DNA of 63,978 nt, filler included, from an uncultured bacterium (GTDB lineage: Bacteria; CAYJRR01), in the NCBI GenBank assembly GCA_964372275.1. It is 3 parts of 3 records of this genome, joined end to end, with 100 filler letters (N's around TTAATTAATTAA, not from the genome) between each part and the next. Parts side by side here need not be neighbours in the genome. Positions count along the whole stretch, not along the records: positions 61,034 to 63,978 come from CAYJRR010000220.1; 2 more parts are not named here. One strand, 5' to 3'. Shown here one piece after another: positions 62,505 to 63,978 of this stretch. The position numbers were made by a program, and so were the translations under genes. Numbering within the stretch: position 1 is the stretch's first letter; every line of letters starts with the position of its first letter. The notes below the pieces were generated by a model. The model saw only the letters and a list, made by a program, of their open reading frames with translations. It had not been told where the DNA came from and did not search any database.

Positions 62505-63978
62505 TCAGTGCGCGGGGACCAAGCGGTGCACGGGGACCGTCGCCGGTGGAGGGGCGTGCGCGGACGCCGCCGGCTGGCCGCTCCAGGGAACGATGCCGAA
62601 CATGTATTCGAAGAGCGGCCGGCCCTTGGTGAGCGCCGTGGCCACGTCGGCGCGCGAGGCGGCGTCGAGCGCGGGGAGGTGGCTTGCGACCAGGGAGGCT
62701 GGAACGGTCCCCTGCGAGTGCGCGAAGAGGAGGCCGGCGGCGGTGAGAGACGGGTTCTGCTCGGCACGGTAGACGATCGCCGGAAGGCCGTGGATCACCG
62801 CGTCGCCGAGCTGCTGCGCGGCGGTGAACCGGTGGTTTCCGTCCAGCACGAGGTAGGTGTCCGGGCCGAGCTCGAGCAGGCGGATCGCCTCGCTCCGGTC
62901 GAACCCCTTCTCGCGGATGCTCTGGGCGATCTTCGCCACCTTGGCCATGTTGACCGCGTTCAGGTTGTAGAAGGTCGTGCCGTCGATCGGGACGTCGCGG
63001 TGGCCGGCGACGACCAGCTTGGCGCCCATCGCCGTCGCGACGCCGTCGGCCTGCGCGGCGTCCGCCGGCGCCGGAAGGTAGGCGCGAACCTGCTGTTCGT
63101 CGGTGGGAGCGGAACCGTAGCTGCGGACGAGCGTTTCGCGGACGGCGCTCGGTCGATAGAGGTTCCCGATCCCGCCGGCGCGATGCGCTTCGACCGCCAG
63201 GAGCGAGGCGGAAAGGGCGAGATCGCCGATGCGAAGGGCGCGCTCGCGGCCGCCGATGTCGTTCCATTGCGACGCGAGTCCGACCCCGCCGTCGGCGAGT
63301 GCGGCGGTACGTACGACCTGTGACGCGACCGCGACGCGCGCGGCGGCCTCCGTCGCCGCCTTCGCGTTCGGGGCGGCGGTCGCCAGCGCCCCCGCGGCGT
63401 GAAACGCCGTTCCGAAGGAGGCGGCCCCCAGGGCGCTGGCGGTGAGGTCGGCGAACTTCCCGCTGCCGTCGTTGCCCAGCAGCCGGTTGTCTCCCTCGGC
63501 CAGAAGCAGCAGGTCCAGGTCGCCGTCGTGGTCCACATCCGCGGCGATGGCCTGGGTCGAAGGGCCGGCGATCCCCAGAGGCGCGGCCCAGGCTCCCTCG
63601 CCATCGCGCCTGAACAACAGGGTCTGGGCGCCGCACAGCACCAGGTCCTCATCCAGGTCATTGTCCAGGTCGGCGAAGACCGCGTCCTGGAAGGAACCGC
63701 TCGCCGCCAGTTCCCGGGCCGGCGCAAAACTCCCCCCCTCGTTGCGGTAGAACTCCAGTCGCTCTCCGCTCACCAGCACATCGAGGTCCCTGTCCCGATC
63801 GTAGTCCAGCGCCGTGACCGCGCTCGCCTCCTTGGGGAAGTCCCCGGGGGGAGGAGTCGCCTGGGCGAATTCCAGCTCCACCTGGGCGTCGTCGCTGCCC
63901 GGATCAGCGCCGCTCTCGTCCGCGGCCGCCTCCGCGTACTTGCCCTGGCCCTGGTACGAGGAACTGACCCCCTCGTGG
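62505..63978 (-). CDS. FG-GAP/VCBS repeat protein with C-terminal ParB/Srx-like domain, 5'-truncated
   Basis: DYDRDRDLD, DLDNDLDED and DVDHDGDLD repeats; C-terminal LVLDGNHRFTAA; frame open to the window end. Confidence 0.7.
   Translation of the reverse strand, partial: HEGVSSSYQGQGKYAEAAADESGADPGSDDAQVELEFAQATPPPGDFPKEASAVTALDYDRDRDLDVLVSGERLEFYRNEGGSFAPARELAASGSFQDAVFADLDNDLDEDLVLCGAQTLLFRRDGEGAWAAPLGIAGPSTQAIAADVDHDGDLDLLLLAEGDNRLLGNDGSGKFADLTASALGAASFGTAFHAAGALATAAPNAKAATEAAARVAVASQVVRTAALADGGVGLASQWNDIGGRERALRIGDLALSASLLAVEAHRAGGIGNLYRPSAVRETLVRSYGSAPTDEQQVRAYLPAPADAAQADGVATAMGAKLVVAGHRDVPIDGTTFYNLNAVNMAKVAKIAQSIREKGFDRSEAIRLLELGPDTYLVLDGNHRFTAAQQLGDAVIHGLPAIVYRAEQNPSLTAAGLLFAHSQGTVPASLVASHLPALDAASRADVATALTKGRPLFEYMFGIVPWSGQPAASAHAPPPATVPVHRLVPAH

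Overview
Very GC-rich (roughly 70%) bacterial DNA. The gene content (rpsB-tsf-pyrH-frr, rsmD-coaD, coaBC with UDG and a zinc PLC, dnaE2, many lipoproteins) suggests a deltaproteobacterium/Myxococcota-like MAG; this taxonomy is inference. The window joins three contigs with artificial N-TTAATTAATTAA-N linkers (30542-30641, 60934-61033) and has a 10-N gap at 6723-6732, so neighbourhoods across the linkers mean nothing. Contig 1 is mostly accessory: secreted and lipoproteins, tRNA-Phe with a 3' duplicate, a Uma2 nuclease, SulP, SMI1/KNR4 and dnaE2. Contig 2 has secA, an accessory redox island and housekeeping operons. Contig 3 has gyrA, a NAGPA-like gene and an FG-GAP/ParB-like fusion. Best leads: (1) a translationally coupled operon of a DUF3419/BtaA-like transferase, a heme-oxygenase-like diiron oxidase and a GNAT; (2) a UGA-recoded UxxC peroxiredoxin-like selenoprotein with a SECIS-like hairpin, split in two by the ORF track; (3) sigma54-type motifs upstream of about ten orphan exported proteins, many with a Cys just after the signal peptide; (4) a secreted homologue of the Bacillus spore-coat transglutaminase Tgl; (5) an FG-GAP repeat protein ending in a ParB/Srx-like domain. 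No CRISPR array, rRNA, transposase or integrase was seen. All family assignments come from motif recognition by eye, not database searches.
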